Assembly: GCA_963578775.1 (NCBI GenBank)
Contig: CAUZEG010000001.1
Location: forward strand, 22,041 to 86,040
Length of the DNA stretch: 64,000 nucleotides
Direction: 5' to 3'
Source of the DNA: Myxococcales bacterium
GTDB lineage: Bacteria; Myxococcota_A; UBA9042; UBA3505
A model generated the notes under the pieces. The model saw only the letters and a program-made list of their open reading frames with translations. It did not search any database and was not told the origin of the DNA. The position numbers and the translations under genes are program-made. This document shows positions 19,787 through 29,697 of this stretch, one piece after another. How positions within the stretch are numbered: position 1 is the first letter of the stretch; each line of letters begins with the position of its first letter.

Positions 19787-19820
19787 TACTTGAGGATTCT
19801 CGCGGGAGCCATCATTGCGT

Positions 19821-21425
19821 TTATAGACTGATCTGTTTACAGGCGTGAATATGGTCGATATTGCTGATCTTGTTCAGGGTCTCTTCGCCCACGGCATCGT
19901 CAATATTCCATACGGCGAGTGCCTGTTTCTGGCCGGTCTCGGACAAAGATACCTGTAAGCCGTTGACGTTGATTCCGGAGTCGCCCAGGAGAGTGCCCAC
20001 CTTACCGATGATTCCGGGTACATCTGCGTTGCGGCTGACCAGAAGCTTCCCGTCGGGGATGACTTCGATTCGATAATCATCGATGCGCACAATACGAGAA
20101 TCCTCGTCTCCGAAGAGGGTTCCATGGACTTCGTTCGTGTGTTTTGGTCCCGCAAGTCGAATCGAGATCAGACGGGTAAAGCCAGTGGTCGTGGAGTCGA
20201 ACACCTCGTTCACGTCGATACCGCGTTCCTCTGCCAGCACAGGTGCATTAACCAGGTTGACGGTAGTACCAAGGCCCGATTCCAAGACACCCTTCAGTGC
20301 CGCATTGGTGACCATCGCTACGACACCAGGCTCGAAAATCTCACCATGATAGCCCACCCGGATCTCGCTTACGCCACCTTCGTGGTAATGGCCGGCGAAC
20401 TTCCCGAGTTTTCGTGCCAGGGTGACGTAGGGCCAGAGAGCAGCCTGTTCTTCCGCTTGAACACGTGGAAGATTGACGGCGTTTCGGACCACGTTGCGAA
20501 CGAAATAGTCGATAATTTGCTCGACGAGTTCACGGGCTACAAGGGTCTGGGCCTCGTGGGTACTCGCGCCGAGATGAGGCGTTCCCTGAAAGTTGGATTG
20601 TCCGACCAGTGCGCATTCACCGGGAGGTTCCGATTCGAAGACGTCCATCGCGGCGCCGGCTATCCAGCCCTTTTCCAGCCCTTCGGCGAGAGCATCTTCC
20701 ACCACGATTCCACCGCGGGCACAGTTGATGAGATAGGCCGACGATTTCATCTTCTGGATTTCGTCACGACCGATCATATGGCGTGTTTTTGGAGTCAACG
20801 GTGTGTGAATGCTGATGAAATCGGATGACTGAAGCAGGTCATCTATATTCCCACAATGCTTGATACCCATCTGTTCCATTCGTTCTGGAGATACGAAGGG
20901 ATCAAAACTCTGTACGTGCATCTGTAGTGCTCTGGCGCGATCGGCGACGATACCACCGATATTTCCAAGGCCGATGAGACCGAGTGTGGCGTTGCGTATT
21001 TCGCGCCCCATGAACTTCTTTTTGTCCCAACTACCCGATCGGATGGTCTGACCGGCGTTCACAAGATGCCGCGCTAGACTCAGCATATGGGCAATCGCCA
21101 GCTCCGCCGCGCTTGTGGAATTTCCACTGGGAGCGTTCATTACGATGACGCCTTTTTGCGTGGCGGCCTGTACGTCGATGTTGTCCACACCAATTCCGGC
21201 TCGTCCAATGAGTTTCAAACGGTCGGTCGCTTGAAGGACTTCTTGCGTTACCTTGGTTCGGCTCCGGACGATGAGAACATCGTAATCGCCGATGACTTCG
21301 ATAAGTTCAGACAAGGAAATACCGGCGCGATCGTCAACGGAGAACCCGCCGGCCTCATCAAGCATCGTTTGTGCGACCGGATTCAGGCTATCCGAAATCA
21401 GGACGCGAACCTTGGAAGTGCTCAT
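19821..21425 (-). CDS. serA: D-3-phosphoglycerate dehydrogenase
   Basis: 2-hydroxyacid dehydrogenase fold (GLIGLGNIGG NAD site) plus C-terminal ASB/ACT region. Start at the MSTSKVRVLISD Met. Confidence 0.85.
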   Translation of the reverse strand: MSTSKVRVLISDSLNPVAQTMLDEAGGFSVDDRAGISLSELIEVIGDYDVLIVRSRTKVTQEVLQATDRLKLIGRAGIGVDNIDVQAATQKGVIVMNAPSGNSTSAAELAIAHMLSLARHLVNAGQTIRSGSWDKKKFMGREIRNATLGLIGLGNIGGIVADRARALQMHVQSFDPFVSPERMEQMGIKHCGNIDDLLQSSDFISIHTPLTPKTRHMIGRDEIQKMKSSAYLINCARGGIVVEDALAEGLEKGWIAGAAMDVFESEPPGECALVGQSNFQGTPHLGASTHEAQTLVARELVEQIIDYFVRNVVRNAVNLPRVQAEEQAALWPYVTLARKLGKFAGHYHEGGVSEIRVGYHGEIFEPGVVAMVTNAALKGVLESGLGTTVNLVNAPVLAEERGIDVNEVFDSTTTGFTRLISIRLAGPKHTNEVHGTLFGDEDSRIVRIDDYRIEVIPDGKLLVSRNADVPGIIGKVGTLLGDSGINVNGLQVSLSETGQKQALAVWNIDDAVGEETLNKISNIDHIHACKQISL

Positions 21426-21512
21426 GGGGGCCTCAAACGGATGTGCGTAGACGGACATTCGGGCCCGCCGATCTTCATTTGCATCGGGATGTAACAACCC
21501 CGCCTGGGCTCG

Positions 21513-22424
21513 TCAATCGTTGATTTGGGAGCGTCCTGGCCAGGTCTCTGAGCAATAGCGTGCGCACCATTGAACAAAGGCTTCTTTATTCCTTGCATGC
21601 TTGAGTCCAGTGAACTTTCGCAAAAGGTCGAGAATTTCGGTTTTCAGACGGGTCTCTTCCTGTCCAAGGAGCTGTATGAGCGTTGGTATGGAAGGTCGAT
21701 CCAGGAGGGCACCAGCCGTGCGCACCGCGTTGCGACGAACAAATAGATTGGGATGAGATATCCAGACTCGAACGGTTGGCAGGGATTCGACCAGCCGAAG
21801 TTCGCGGATGGCATCAAGAGCCAATAGGTGGATACGGATATCTTGTGTATAAGGCGTGTTCTTAATGTGTTTCACCAGTTCTTCTCGGCAACCGAGATCG
21901 GGGTGAATACTACAGGCCCAGAGAAGGGCCGTCCGCAGTCCTGGATGACGTTCGGATTGGAGGAACTTCTTTGCGTTTTCTCGGAACTCCGGATCGCGAG
22001 CGTAGCCGAGTCCAACGGCGGCATAGCTGCGGATGATCCATGATTTGTCCCGAAGTAAAATGTGTTGAATCTCCTGTATACGCCGGTCACGGGCCATGCG
22101 CAGGCTTCGTAATACAGCGATTCTCCAATGAGGAGTATTCTTGAGGCCGACGAGTTTTTCAGCGGCATGAACTCGTACCCTGGTTCCCAGGCTCACGAGT
22201 TCGTCAGCCAGAGGGCAACCCGTCAACAGATTGCAGTTTTGTTTGATTTGGATCTGTGTCCAGATCGCTTTGGCCCGCGCCATCGGGGCAGAGATTTTGT
22301 GGTCGTGTATTGTATCCGTCTGCGCATCTTTTACCGGGGCGGTGGCTGCGGACTCCCTCCGCTTGTTCGAACACCCGGACACCATAAATGCGACAACACA
22401 GATGGGAATCAGAGCCTGTTTCAT
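21513..22424 (-). CDS. HEAT-repeat lipoprotein
   Basis: Signal peptide + lipobox (MVSGCS) followed by HEAT/PBS-lyase-like repeats. Start at the internal MKQALIP Met. Confidence 0.6.
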   Translation of the reverse strand: MKQALIPICVVAFMVSGCSNKRRESAATAPVKDAQTDTIHDHKISAPMARAKAIWTQIQIKQNCNLLTGCPLADELVSLGTRVRVHAAEKLVGLKNTPHWRIAVLRSLRMARDRRIQEIQHILLRDKSWIIRSYAAVGLGYARDPEFRENAKKFLQSERHPGLRTALLWACSIHPDLGCREELVKHIKNTPYTQDIRIHLLALDAIRELRLVESLPTVRVWISHPNLFVRRNAVRTAGALLDRPSIPTLIQLLGQEETRLKTEILDLLRKFTGLKHARNKEAFVQWCARYCSETWPGRSQIND

Positions 22425-22792
22425 GGGACGATGCCGTTGGTGTTGTGTACGAAGTGTTCGGCAGAGGCCTGACATACGTGTTTCAGGCACTCCTCCCGAT
22501 CTATGGCTTGCAGGTGTATTTCGGAGAACAGGCGCTTGGCGTGGAGAGTGCAGCTGGAGATTTCTTTACGCGGGATGGACCGGAAGTCGCGGCTGAAAAT
22601 GCCGAGGCGAAGGATGACTACCTGGAGCTCGGTTACAGCCCAGACTTCCTGACCGGATTGTCCTCGTCCTTGTGCCAGGGATTGGACACGCTCTTCTTTC
22701 GCCAGCCGTTTGGCGAAGTGGCGTTGGGCACGCATTGCGAAGAGTCGGCTTATAGGGTCAAACCGGGAAAAATGGTTCGGGTAATCCTTCAT
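22421..22792 (-). CDS. Hypothetical basic protein (123 aa)
   Basis: It exactly fills the gap between pfk and the HEAT lipoprotein, with 4-bp start/stop overlaps on both sides. No recognisable domain. Confidence 0.4.
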   Translation of the reverse strand: MKDYPNHFSRFDPISRLFAMRAQRHFAKRLAKEERVQSLAQGRGQSGQEVWAVTELQVVILRLGIFSRDFRSIPRKEISSCTLHAKRLFSEIHLQAIDREECLKHVCQASAEHFVHNTNGIVP

Positions 22793-23913
22793 TGCCTCTC
22801 GCTGCCACCTGAGTGCTGATCGCCGAAGGAGGTCCCAATCTGCCGGGCGCTATGAAGGACCGGATCGTCCAGGGATACAAGCCGCTGTCGACCGGCGGCG
22901 TTTTTCAGGGGGACATTTGTCACACGTCCATTCCGTAATGCGACCATATGGCCAAACAAGCCCAGATCTATGCATTCCACGGCGTGAACCCCGAAGCGGG
23001 TGGCGAGGGTGCGGTCGCCTGGTGTTGGAGAACCACCCCTCTGCAGATGTCCCAAAACCGTGATGCGGACTTCGTAGTCATCAAAAGTGGACTCCAACGC
23101 CTCTGCAAGGGACCGTGCAGCGCCGATATATTGACGACCATGGATATTTGTCTCTCCGTCGACTATCTGGGGAAGCTTCCCTTCAGGGAAGGCCCCTTCT
23201 GCGATGACAATAAGGGTGTAGTTTCGGTGCTCTTTCGACTCACGAGCTCGGATCTTTGAGACGATTTCATCCACTTCGAATGGGATCTCCGGTATCAAAA
23301 TCACATGCGCTCCACCGGCCAGTCCTGCGTACATTGCAATCCAGCCTGCATTTCGTCCCATCACTTCCAGGATCATGATGCGTTGGTGGCTTTCGGCCGT
23401 GGTCCGCAACTTATCGAGGGCTTCCACGGCGGAATTTACGGCGGACTCAAAACCGAAGGTTACATCGGTAGCTTCGAGGTCATTATCGATGGTTTTGGGG
23501 ACTCCGATGGCTCGAAATCCATGAGCACCGAGCTCATGAGCGATTGTGAGCGTCCCATCCCCCCCGATGACGATTACGCCCTTCAAGTCGAGCTGACGGA
23601 AATTCTCAATGACAGTCTTTGTCATATCTTTGCGTACCACGACACCGTCTTCTTCCACTTGATAATCGAAGGGATTACCCCGATTTGTGGTCCCGAGCAT
23701 CGTCCCACCCAATGGGAGGATATGGTGTACGTCCTCCAGGGTCAGCTCACGGATCCGATCCGGTTGCACCAGGCCATCAAAACCGTCGACGATACCGACC
23801 ACACGGTAATTGAAGCGGAGAATTGCAGTTCGCACCACAGCACGAATTACAGCGTTCAAACCGGGACAATCACCTCCGCCCGTCAATAAACCTATCTTTT
23901 CCATACTTGCCAC
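22789..23913 (-). CDS. pfk: 6-phosphofructokinase
   Basis: GLLTGGGDCPGLNAVIR and GGDGT motifs, PfkA-family fold. Confidence 0.85.
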   Translation of the reverse strand: MASMEKIGLLTGGGDCPGLNAVIRAVVRTAILRFNYRVVGIVDGFDGLVQPDRIRELTLEDVHHILPLGGTMLGTTNRGNPFDYQVEEDGVVVRKDMTKTVIENFRQLDLKGVIVIGGDGTLTIAHELGAHGFRAIGVPKTIDNDLEATDVTFGFESAVNSAVEALDKLRTTAESHQRIMILEVMGRNAGWIAMYAGLAGGAHVILIPEIPFEVDEIVSKIRARESKEHRNYTLIVIAEGAFPEGKLPQIVDGETNIHGRQYIGAARSLAEALESTFDDYEVRITVLGHLQRGGSPTPGDRTLATRFGVHAVECIDLGLFGHMVALRNGRVTNVPLKNAAGRQRLVSLDDPVLHSARQIGTSFGDQHSGGSERQ

Positions 23914-23924
23914 TCTCCCTCTGG

Positions 23925-25439
23925 CTATTTCGCCTCGGTCTGCTGCACGACGTCAATCTCTATCTCCCCAAGGGACGCGGACAACGCAAGCATGGATCGC
24001 AAATCAATTTCGCCAACATTGAACGGTATATGTCCAACATCAGCCCTCCGTTGACCAAAGGCCGGATCGACCGCCTGCCATTGACCATCGATCCAGACTT
24101 CGGCCCAGGCGTGGCCACCAAAGCCTCCCCCCATCATCGAGGTGTGGGTAAGACCGATAAGAGCCCTGGAGGGTATGCGCAGAGACCGAGCCAGAGCTAC
24201 AAACAACACCGCGTGTTCGGTGCAGTCCCCCTCCATTGTTCGAACCACATCCAAGGCGGATGCCAATTCAGGCCGGTACGCCTTTTTTACCGTCCTGTGG
24301 ACTCCTTGTATGAGCCGGTCGACCATTTCTTCCGGAGTCTTGGCGTCTGCCACCAGTATTTTGGCCAGGCGCCGGATTTCGGGCGCATCCGACTGGATCA
24401 GGCTGCTGGCCTCTAGCCCCTCGGTCGTGGACAGTTCTACCCCTTCCGAGGGTGCCTTTGCTGTCCTGGTGATCCGGATCGTCGCTGTTTTACCCTCTCT
24501 CTGCAGGACACGAACACGACCCGAATCAAAGCTGGCCGGTAATTTCGGCATCGTGATCCGCAGGTCGATACTATCTAAAGTCGATACATCCTGTATCGGT
24601 GGATCGACACGCACCAGAGTCAGGCTCAAAACGTCTGGGGCCTCCACCGCACTCGTCGCCACGGCCTGCGGTTCTACACGCACCGAAATCCCCCCGCCCT
24701 GATCCATTCGAACAAGTCGACCTTCCTCCGTATATACGGAGGTAATCTCCAGGCCGAACTCCTCCTCCACTTGTTTGATGATATGAAATTTCGTCAGTAC
24801 CCCCTGAACGAAGCGTATCTCCGGTTCAAGAAATTCATATCTCGTACGCGTCGCTTTGGCGTGGAGTGGAGGAACCACTCGAAAGGAAACCTTTTCAAAG
24901 GTAGTGCCCGGTTTTACGTCGCCTTCCCAGATTCGAATCTGAGGAGACAACATTCCTTTGAGAGTTTCCCCCGGTGATGGAAGCTCAGTCACCTTCGTTT
25001 CGTCCCCGATCCGCTCCGTAAGGGTGTAAGAGTCCGGGCCCTCTTCAAGAAGGATGTGCCGGTTTTCGAGGCCCACGAAACGCATATCCACCCGCACCAG
25101 GCGACCGTCATTCACATGATACTCCCTGATCTCGTCAACAGAGATCTCGCGGGTATCGCCCAGTCCTCGGATCTTCAATCGTGCTACGCTCGATGCGCGG
25201 TACACATCTCCGTCCTTGCGAGCGTCGAAATGGACATGTCCGGCCTTCTTATCAAAGAGATAATACCCGGCCCAGATATCCTCGGTGACACGGTCAAGAT
25301 ATTGCGAGCTGGGGAGACCATCAACGACCTGTACGGCCAACGTAGAGGGGGTTGATTTACTGGAGCATCCCGTACAACTCAGTAGAGCAATACTTATGGC
25401 TGCGATCAGGATGCCGGGATCTTTTTGAAAACGAAACAT
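23925..25439 (-). CDS. Transglutaminase-like (Cys-His-Asp) lipoprotein
   Basis: Lipobox LLSCTGCSS; C-terminal GDCTEHAVLF...GGHAWAEVW...D transglutaminase core. Confidence 0.7.
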   Translation of the reverse strand: MFRFQKDPGILIAAISIALLSCTGCSSKSTPSTLAVQVVDGLPSSQYLDRVTEDIWAGYYLFDKKAGHVHFDARKDGDVYRASSVARLKIRGLGDTREISVDEIREYHVNDGRLVRVDMRFVGLENRHILLEEGPDSYTLTERIGDETKVTELPSPGETLKGMLSPQIRIWEGDVKPGTTFEKVSFRVVPPLHAKATRTRYEFLEPEIRFVQGVLTKFHIIKQVEEEFGLEITSVYTEEGRLVRMDQGGGISVRVEPQAVATSAVEAPDVLSLTLVRVDPPIQDVSTLDSIDLRITMPKLPASFDSGRVRVLQREGKTATIRITRTAKAPSEGVELSTTEGLEASSLIQSDAPEIRRLAKILVADAKTPEEMVDRLIQGVHRTVKKAYRPELASALDVVRTMEGDCTEHAVLFVALARSLRIPSRALIGLTHTSMMGGGFGGHAWAEVWIDGQWQAVDPAFGQRRADVGHIPFNVGEIDLRSMLALSASLGEIEIDVVQQTEAK

Positions 25440-25489
25440 GACTCTGGATCCAACCAGGGTCTGTTCCGTTCGGCAAGTGGACGATCCGC

Positions 25490-26542
25490 CTAGCCGGCCT
25501 TTTCGATCTTGGGCAAGGGAGGCTTTTCGGCAGTGGCGGGCAGTAGGCCGACCTTTTCGCGTATCTTCTTTTCTATCTCGTCACATAGGTCGGTGTTTTC
25601 GGCGAAAAACTCTCCGACACGGTCACGACCTTGTCCAAGGCGGGTGGAACCGTACGAATACCAGGCTCCGGATTTCTCTATAATTTCATGCTGAACGCCA
25701 AGATCGATGATCTCGCCGCGCTTGTAGAATCCTTTACCATATTGGATATCAAATTCTGCTTCCCGGAACGGAGGTGAGACTTTGTTTTTTACGACGCGTA
25801 CCCGGGTGCGATTGCCAATTACCTCGTCGCCACGCTTCAGGGCTCCAATACGTCGTATGTCGCAACGAATAGTGGCGTAGAACTTTAATGCGTTGCCACC
25901 GGACGTTGTTTCGGGGCTGCCAAACATCACGCCGATCTTCATTCGGATCTGGTTGATGAAGAAGATCATGGTGTTGGAACGTGCAATGGAGCCAGTTAAT
26001 TTCCGTAGCGCTTGACTCATTAGTCGGGCCTGGAGACCGACATGATGGTCTCCCATTTCGCCTTCGATTTCGGCGCGGGGTACGAGGGCGGCGACGGAAT
26101 CGATGATAACCAGGTCGACGGAATTTGATTTTACGAGCATGTCGCAGATCTCGAGGGCTTGTTCTCCAGTGTCGGGTTGCGAGACCAGGAGTTCTTCGAC
26201 ATTGACGCCGAGTTTGCGTGCGTAGTTTAAATCGAGAGCGTGTTCGGCGTCGATGAAGGCGACGACTCCACCCACTTTCTGGACCTCGGCGGCGGCGTGG
26301 AGTGTAAGGGTGGTTTTCCCACTGGATTCAGGGCCGTATACTTCGACTATTCGTCCGCGAGGCCAGCCTCCGAGGCCGAGTGCGATGTCGAGGGTCAAGG
26401 AACCGGAGGATACGGTAGGTATCTGGCTAAGAGTCCGGCCATCCGTGCCGAGACGCATGATGGTGCCTTTCCCATACTGTCGTTCAATTTGCTTGAGTGT
26501 TTCTTCTAGATTCTTGTTTTTGTCGCGTATGGGGGTGGCCAT
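25490..26542 (-). CDS. recA: Recombinase RecA
   Basis: GPESSGKTT Walker A, and the canonical L1/L2 regions. Confidence 0.95.
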   Translation of the reverse strand: MATPIRDKNKNLEETLKQIERQYGKGTIMRLGTDGRTLSQIPTVSSGSLTLDIALGLGGWPRGRIVEVYGPESSGKTTLTLHAAAEVQKVGGVVAFIDAEHALDLNYARKLGVNVEELLVSQPDTGEQALEICDMLVKSNSVDLVIIDSVAALVPRAEIEGEMGDHHVGLQARLMSQALRKLTGSIARSNTMIFFINQIRMKIGVMFGSPETTSGGNALKFYATIRCDIRRIGALKRGDEVIGNRTRVRVVKNKVSPPFREAEFDIQYGKGFYKRGEIIDLGVQHEIIEKSGAWYSYGSTRLGQGRDRVGEFFAENTDLCDEIEKKIREKVGLLPATAEKPPLPKIEKAG

Positions 26543-26667
26543 TTGGAGTCCTCGCTGGATATTGGGTCGTGGTTTGGTTTGTAATCAGTTATCGTCAGAC
26601 CGGTCAAGGTGTGTTTGGGAGCTCGATCCGAGGTGTGGAATAGTTGCTGGAATTGGCGTCCATGCCA

Positions 26668-27333
26668 TCAATTATAACGTCGGTAGATTCCCACAACGAC
26701 GCCCAGGATCTGGGTCGGTCGAAAATCGTGGGCGGAGACGTATATGGGATCCATGGTTGGGTTGGATGGCTGGAAACGGATTCGGTCGCCTTCGGGGAAA
26801 TAGCGTTTGACGGTTGCTTCGTCTTCTATCATTGCGACTACGATTTCGCCGGGGCGTGCAATGCTCTTTTTACGGACAAAGATATAGTCACCGTCGAAGA
26901 TACCGTCCCCAATCATGGACTCTCCAACTACTCGTAGGCCAAACACCGGGTCGTTGTTGCCGACAAAATAACGGTCGATGTAGACGGTGTCGTTGCTGGT
27001 CTCTACGGCGAGGATTGGGTTTCCCGCGGCAATTCGTCCGAGGATCGGTATGGCGACAACATTGTCGGATTCGCCGGAGGTAGATGCGACGGTCAGGTCT
27101 GGGGTGGGGTTTAGAGCTCGAGACTTGGACTCGTCTCTGGTCAAATACCCCTTGCGTTCTAATGCTTTCAGATGGTCGCTAACGCCATTTGTAGACTTAA
27201 TTCCCACGATAAGACCGAGTTCACGGATCGAGGGAGGATATCCATGGTCTTCTATAAAGCCTCTTATGGCGTTTAGAACTTGAAGTTGGCGGGCTGTCAG
27301 TTGGGGGCGTTCTTGACTCATGGGCGTACTCAC
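26668..27333 (-). CDS. lexA: LexA repressor (S24 peptidase)
   Basis: N-terminal wHTH (LTARQLQVL...GYPPSIREL), AG cleavage site, GESM Ser and VKR Lys. Confidence 0.9.
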   Translation of the reverse strand: MSTPMSQERPQLTARQLQVLNAIRGFIEDHGYPPSIRELGLIVGIKSTNGVSDHLKALERKGYLTRDESKSRALNPTPDLTVASTSGESDNVVAIPILGRIAAGNPILAVETSNDTVYIDRYFVGNNDPVFGLRVVGESMIGDGIFDGDYIFVRKKSIARPGEIVVAMIEDEATVKRYFPEGDRIRFQPSNPTMDPIYVSAHDFRPTQILGVVVGIYRRYN

Positions 27334-27340
27334 CTACGAT

Positions 27341-27371
27341 ACATCTGTTCTGTATACTACTGAACAGATGT
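27341..27371. promoter_or_regulatory. Candidate LexA operator (SOS box): perfect 10-bp inverted repeat ACATCTGTTC-N11-GAACAGATGT
   Basis: Seen directly in the sequence, 8 bp upstream of the lexA start. It contains CTGTTC/GAACAG half-sites. Confidence 0.55.
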
Positions 27372-27460
27372 ATAGTCGTCAAGTTTGTGGGTCTACCCCT
27401 GGGGACAATGTCCTCGTCAGTGCGGTTGGGTGGAGGCCAGCGAGCGGGGTAGGGTGGATA

Positions 27461-29590
27461 CTAAGGACTTATATCGACGCTCGATATGGTCTCATCACTC
27501 CATAGATTTACGTAATCCACTTCCCCGTATTTCGTGTTTTCGCCGGTTGTGACCTGGTTGGTCTGTACGCCGAGAACAATCGTATAAGAGCCAGCCTTGT
27601 CGGGGATAAAGGACGCCGTGGAACCAGTCGTAACGTTCAACTTTGCAGCACTGTCTGCGGGTTTGTCGATGATATACCAGGTATAACCGCTGGCCGTGAT
27701 ATGTGCGTCACCGGAGAGACTACCAAGGCCACTTAGTTGGATTTCTGTTCCTACAGGGGCCTCGTCGATTGGGGCGATAATCGCTGTCGGAAGAACAATA
27801 CCTGCGTTCGGTTGGTTGTAGCCACGAAGTGCGACATTCCATACGGATGTATCACCCGCAGGCGGATAGACGTCGTCGTATTCTATTTCCAGATTGGTAT
27901 GGGAAATGATGGCCTCGCCCTCCGCCTTGAAACGAACGGTGAACGGAAGGAGTGTGAGTGGCGGGACGTCGAATCCTACGCCCGATGCGACGCCGTCCAA
28001 CTCAAAATTGATGGGGATGCCAGCAAAGCCGGGCGGTTCCACAAGACGGACATCCGTTACCCGAAGTGTATCGAGCCCCTCATTGGCGATGATCATGGTG
28101 CGTTCCTTCTTTTCGCCTTCCGAATGGAACTGTACGTAGGAAGCGGCGACGCCACCCTGGGACGGATACACCTGTATCAACGGCTTCGTGATACCACCTC
28201 GCAGGGGTACTGTGATTTCGGATTGGTAGGGGTTCTCATAGCTGATGACGAGATCGCGGTCGAAACCCTCTGCGGTAAATATGGTCAGGCCTTCGCCACT
28301 CGTTGGCGCTGCATAGTGCACGATTACATTCATCGAGTTCTGGGGTTGGATGGCGTAAAAAGAATCGAATGGCTTGGGATCTTCGCCCGGCCGTTGGACT
28401 TCCAGATAGTACGCGCCATATGCATCGTCGGGTTCGACGGCACCTTCTTCCAGGCGCACGGATCCTGGGCCTTCGTTGTATAGATTGATGATCTTCGAAG
28501 ACGCATCCCCAGCGCCGACAATATCGGTGAAATCCACGTATCCTTTCGCCATATCCTCGTAGCTCAAGACGAGCTTTCCTTCCTTGACGTTGCTTTTTAA
28601 TTCCACATTTGTGATGGGGTGCACAGGATCGTTGGTATGAACCTGAATGATGACGTTGTCTGGTCCCTGATCATCGATCGGTTGGTAACGAACCTCAAAC
28701 GTCAGCTTGGCTCCCGGGTTTGAGATTTGTGGCTGAATCACGCTACTTGGGGCGGGTTTATCGGTAATCGTGAATTCCGGGTTGGGATTCTTCAGGTCCA
28801 CATCGTAGAAGACCAGATCCTGGCTACCGTCGTTGACGATCTCGAACACCTGTGACTCCGGTTGAGCCGGCGTACCGTTCAGGTAGGTATAACTGGGGGG
28901 AAAGACCTGGACGGCAGCGGCTTCGCGCGGTGGCGTAAAGGCGATGAGATGCACTCTCTTATCCGGGTCGTTGGATTCGATTCGGAGGAACTGGGGAGTA
29001 CGCAGATCGGGAAGGGCCCCCGGCTCATAGCTCATCTGGAACTCCACCGTTTCAAAGGTGGAATTGGCGGGCAGTGTAAATGGCAGGTCATACGTGCCGG
29101 CACTCCATTTAACCTGGATGTCTTCGTTGCCCTTACAGGTGTAGGAGATAGAGTCATCCGCCCCGTTGCTACAATCGTTGCTCTGGACGCAGGTTTGAAA
29201 ACATCGGAGCCCGTCGCAATAACTCCCGGCTTTACATTCGGAGCTGCTTTCACAATCCCAGCCAACACATTCGCCGTTGTCACAGACAAAGCCATCGGCG
29301 CAGCCCAGATCGTCGGCGCAACCCATTGCCTCACAGATACCAGGTTCTAGCCGAAGTACACTCAGAACCAGGTCCTCACCACCCAGGTTTTGAATCACGA
29401 CACGAGCTGTCGCGGTCTGGCCCTGCCCAGTCACGAGTTCCGGGAAACTAAACACACCGGATTCCGCTTCTTCTTCGATGGTTATTTCCATCTGGCCGGA
29501 ATAGGTCTGACCAAATTTCCCGCCGCAAGCTGTGAGGACGAACAGCCCTACAAAGAGCATAAGGAAGTGAAAACGAATGTTCGGACGCAT
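27461..29590 (-). CDS. Large secreted lipoprotein (709 aa) with Cys-rich module, Ig-like (choice-of-anchor-D/ASH-like) repeats and a C-terminal PKD-like domain
   Basis: Lipobox LTACGG; CxxxxC-rich segment (residues about 85-150); repeated LxIxNxGxxxLxI beta-sandwich signatures; C-terminal GYTWYIIDKPADS...GSYTIVLGV. Confidence 0.6.
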   Translation of the reverse strand: MRPNIRFHFLMLFVGLFVLTACGGKFGQTYSGQMEITIEEEAESGVFSFPELVTGQGQTATARVVIQNLGGEDLVLSVLRLEPGICEAMGCADDLGCADGFVCDNGECVGWDCESSSECKAGSYCDGLRCFQTCVQSNDCSNGADDSISYTCKGNEDIQVKWSAGTYDLPFTLPANSTFETVEFQMSYEPGALPDLRTPQFLRIESNDPDKRVHLIAFTPPREAAAVQVFPPSYTYLNGTPAQPESQVFEIVNDGSQDLVFYDVDLKNPNPEFTITDKPAPSSVIQPQISNPGAKLTFEVRYQPIDDQGPDNVIIQVHTNDPVHPITNVELKSNVKEGKLVLSYEDMAKGYVDFTDIVGAGDASSKIINLYNEGPGSVRLEEGAVEPDDAYGAYYLEVQRPGEDPKPFDSFYAIQPQNSMNVIVHYAAPTSGEGLTIFTAEGFDRDLVISYENPYQSEITVPLRGGITKPLIQVYPSQGGVAASYVQFHSEGEKKERTMIIANEGLDTLRVTDVRLVEPPGFAGIPINFELDGVASGVGFDVPPLTLLPFTVRFKAEGEAIISHTNLEIEYDDVYPPAGDTSVWNVALRGYNQPNAGIVLPTAIIAPIDEAPVGTEIQLSGLGSLSGDAHITASGYTWYIIDKPADSAAKLNVTTGSTASFIPDKAGSYTIVLGVQTNQVTTGENTKYGEVDYVNLWSDETISSVDISP

Positions 29591-29697
29591 GTTGACCTCA
29601 TCAACGGATAATCAGGGACGTGGGTGGGAAAATTACCTTGGCTAATCTCTCTGCCTGTATCGGCATAGCCTACGAGTTTGAACTATCAATGCAAGCT

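Noticed and set aside
20124-20828. 234-aa plus-strand ORF antisense to serA
   Set aside because: It overlaps the conserved SerA NAD-binding region on the other strand and has no motif.
27341-27371. Match of the lexA-upstream palindrome to the E. coli (CTGT-N8-ACAG) or Myxococcus-type (CTRHAMRYBYGTTCAGS) LexA boxes
   Set aside because: By-eye alignment fails at the spacing for the E. coli box and at position 5 or 6 for the Myxococcus box. It is kept only as a generic palindromic operator candidate.
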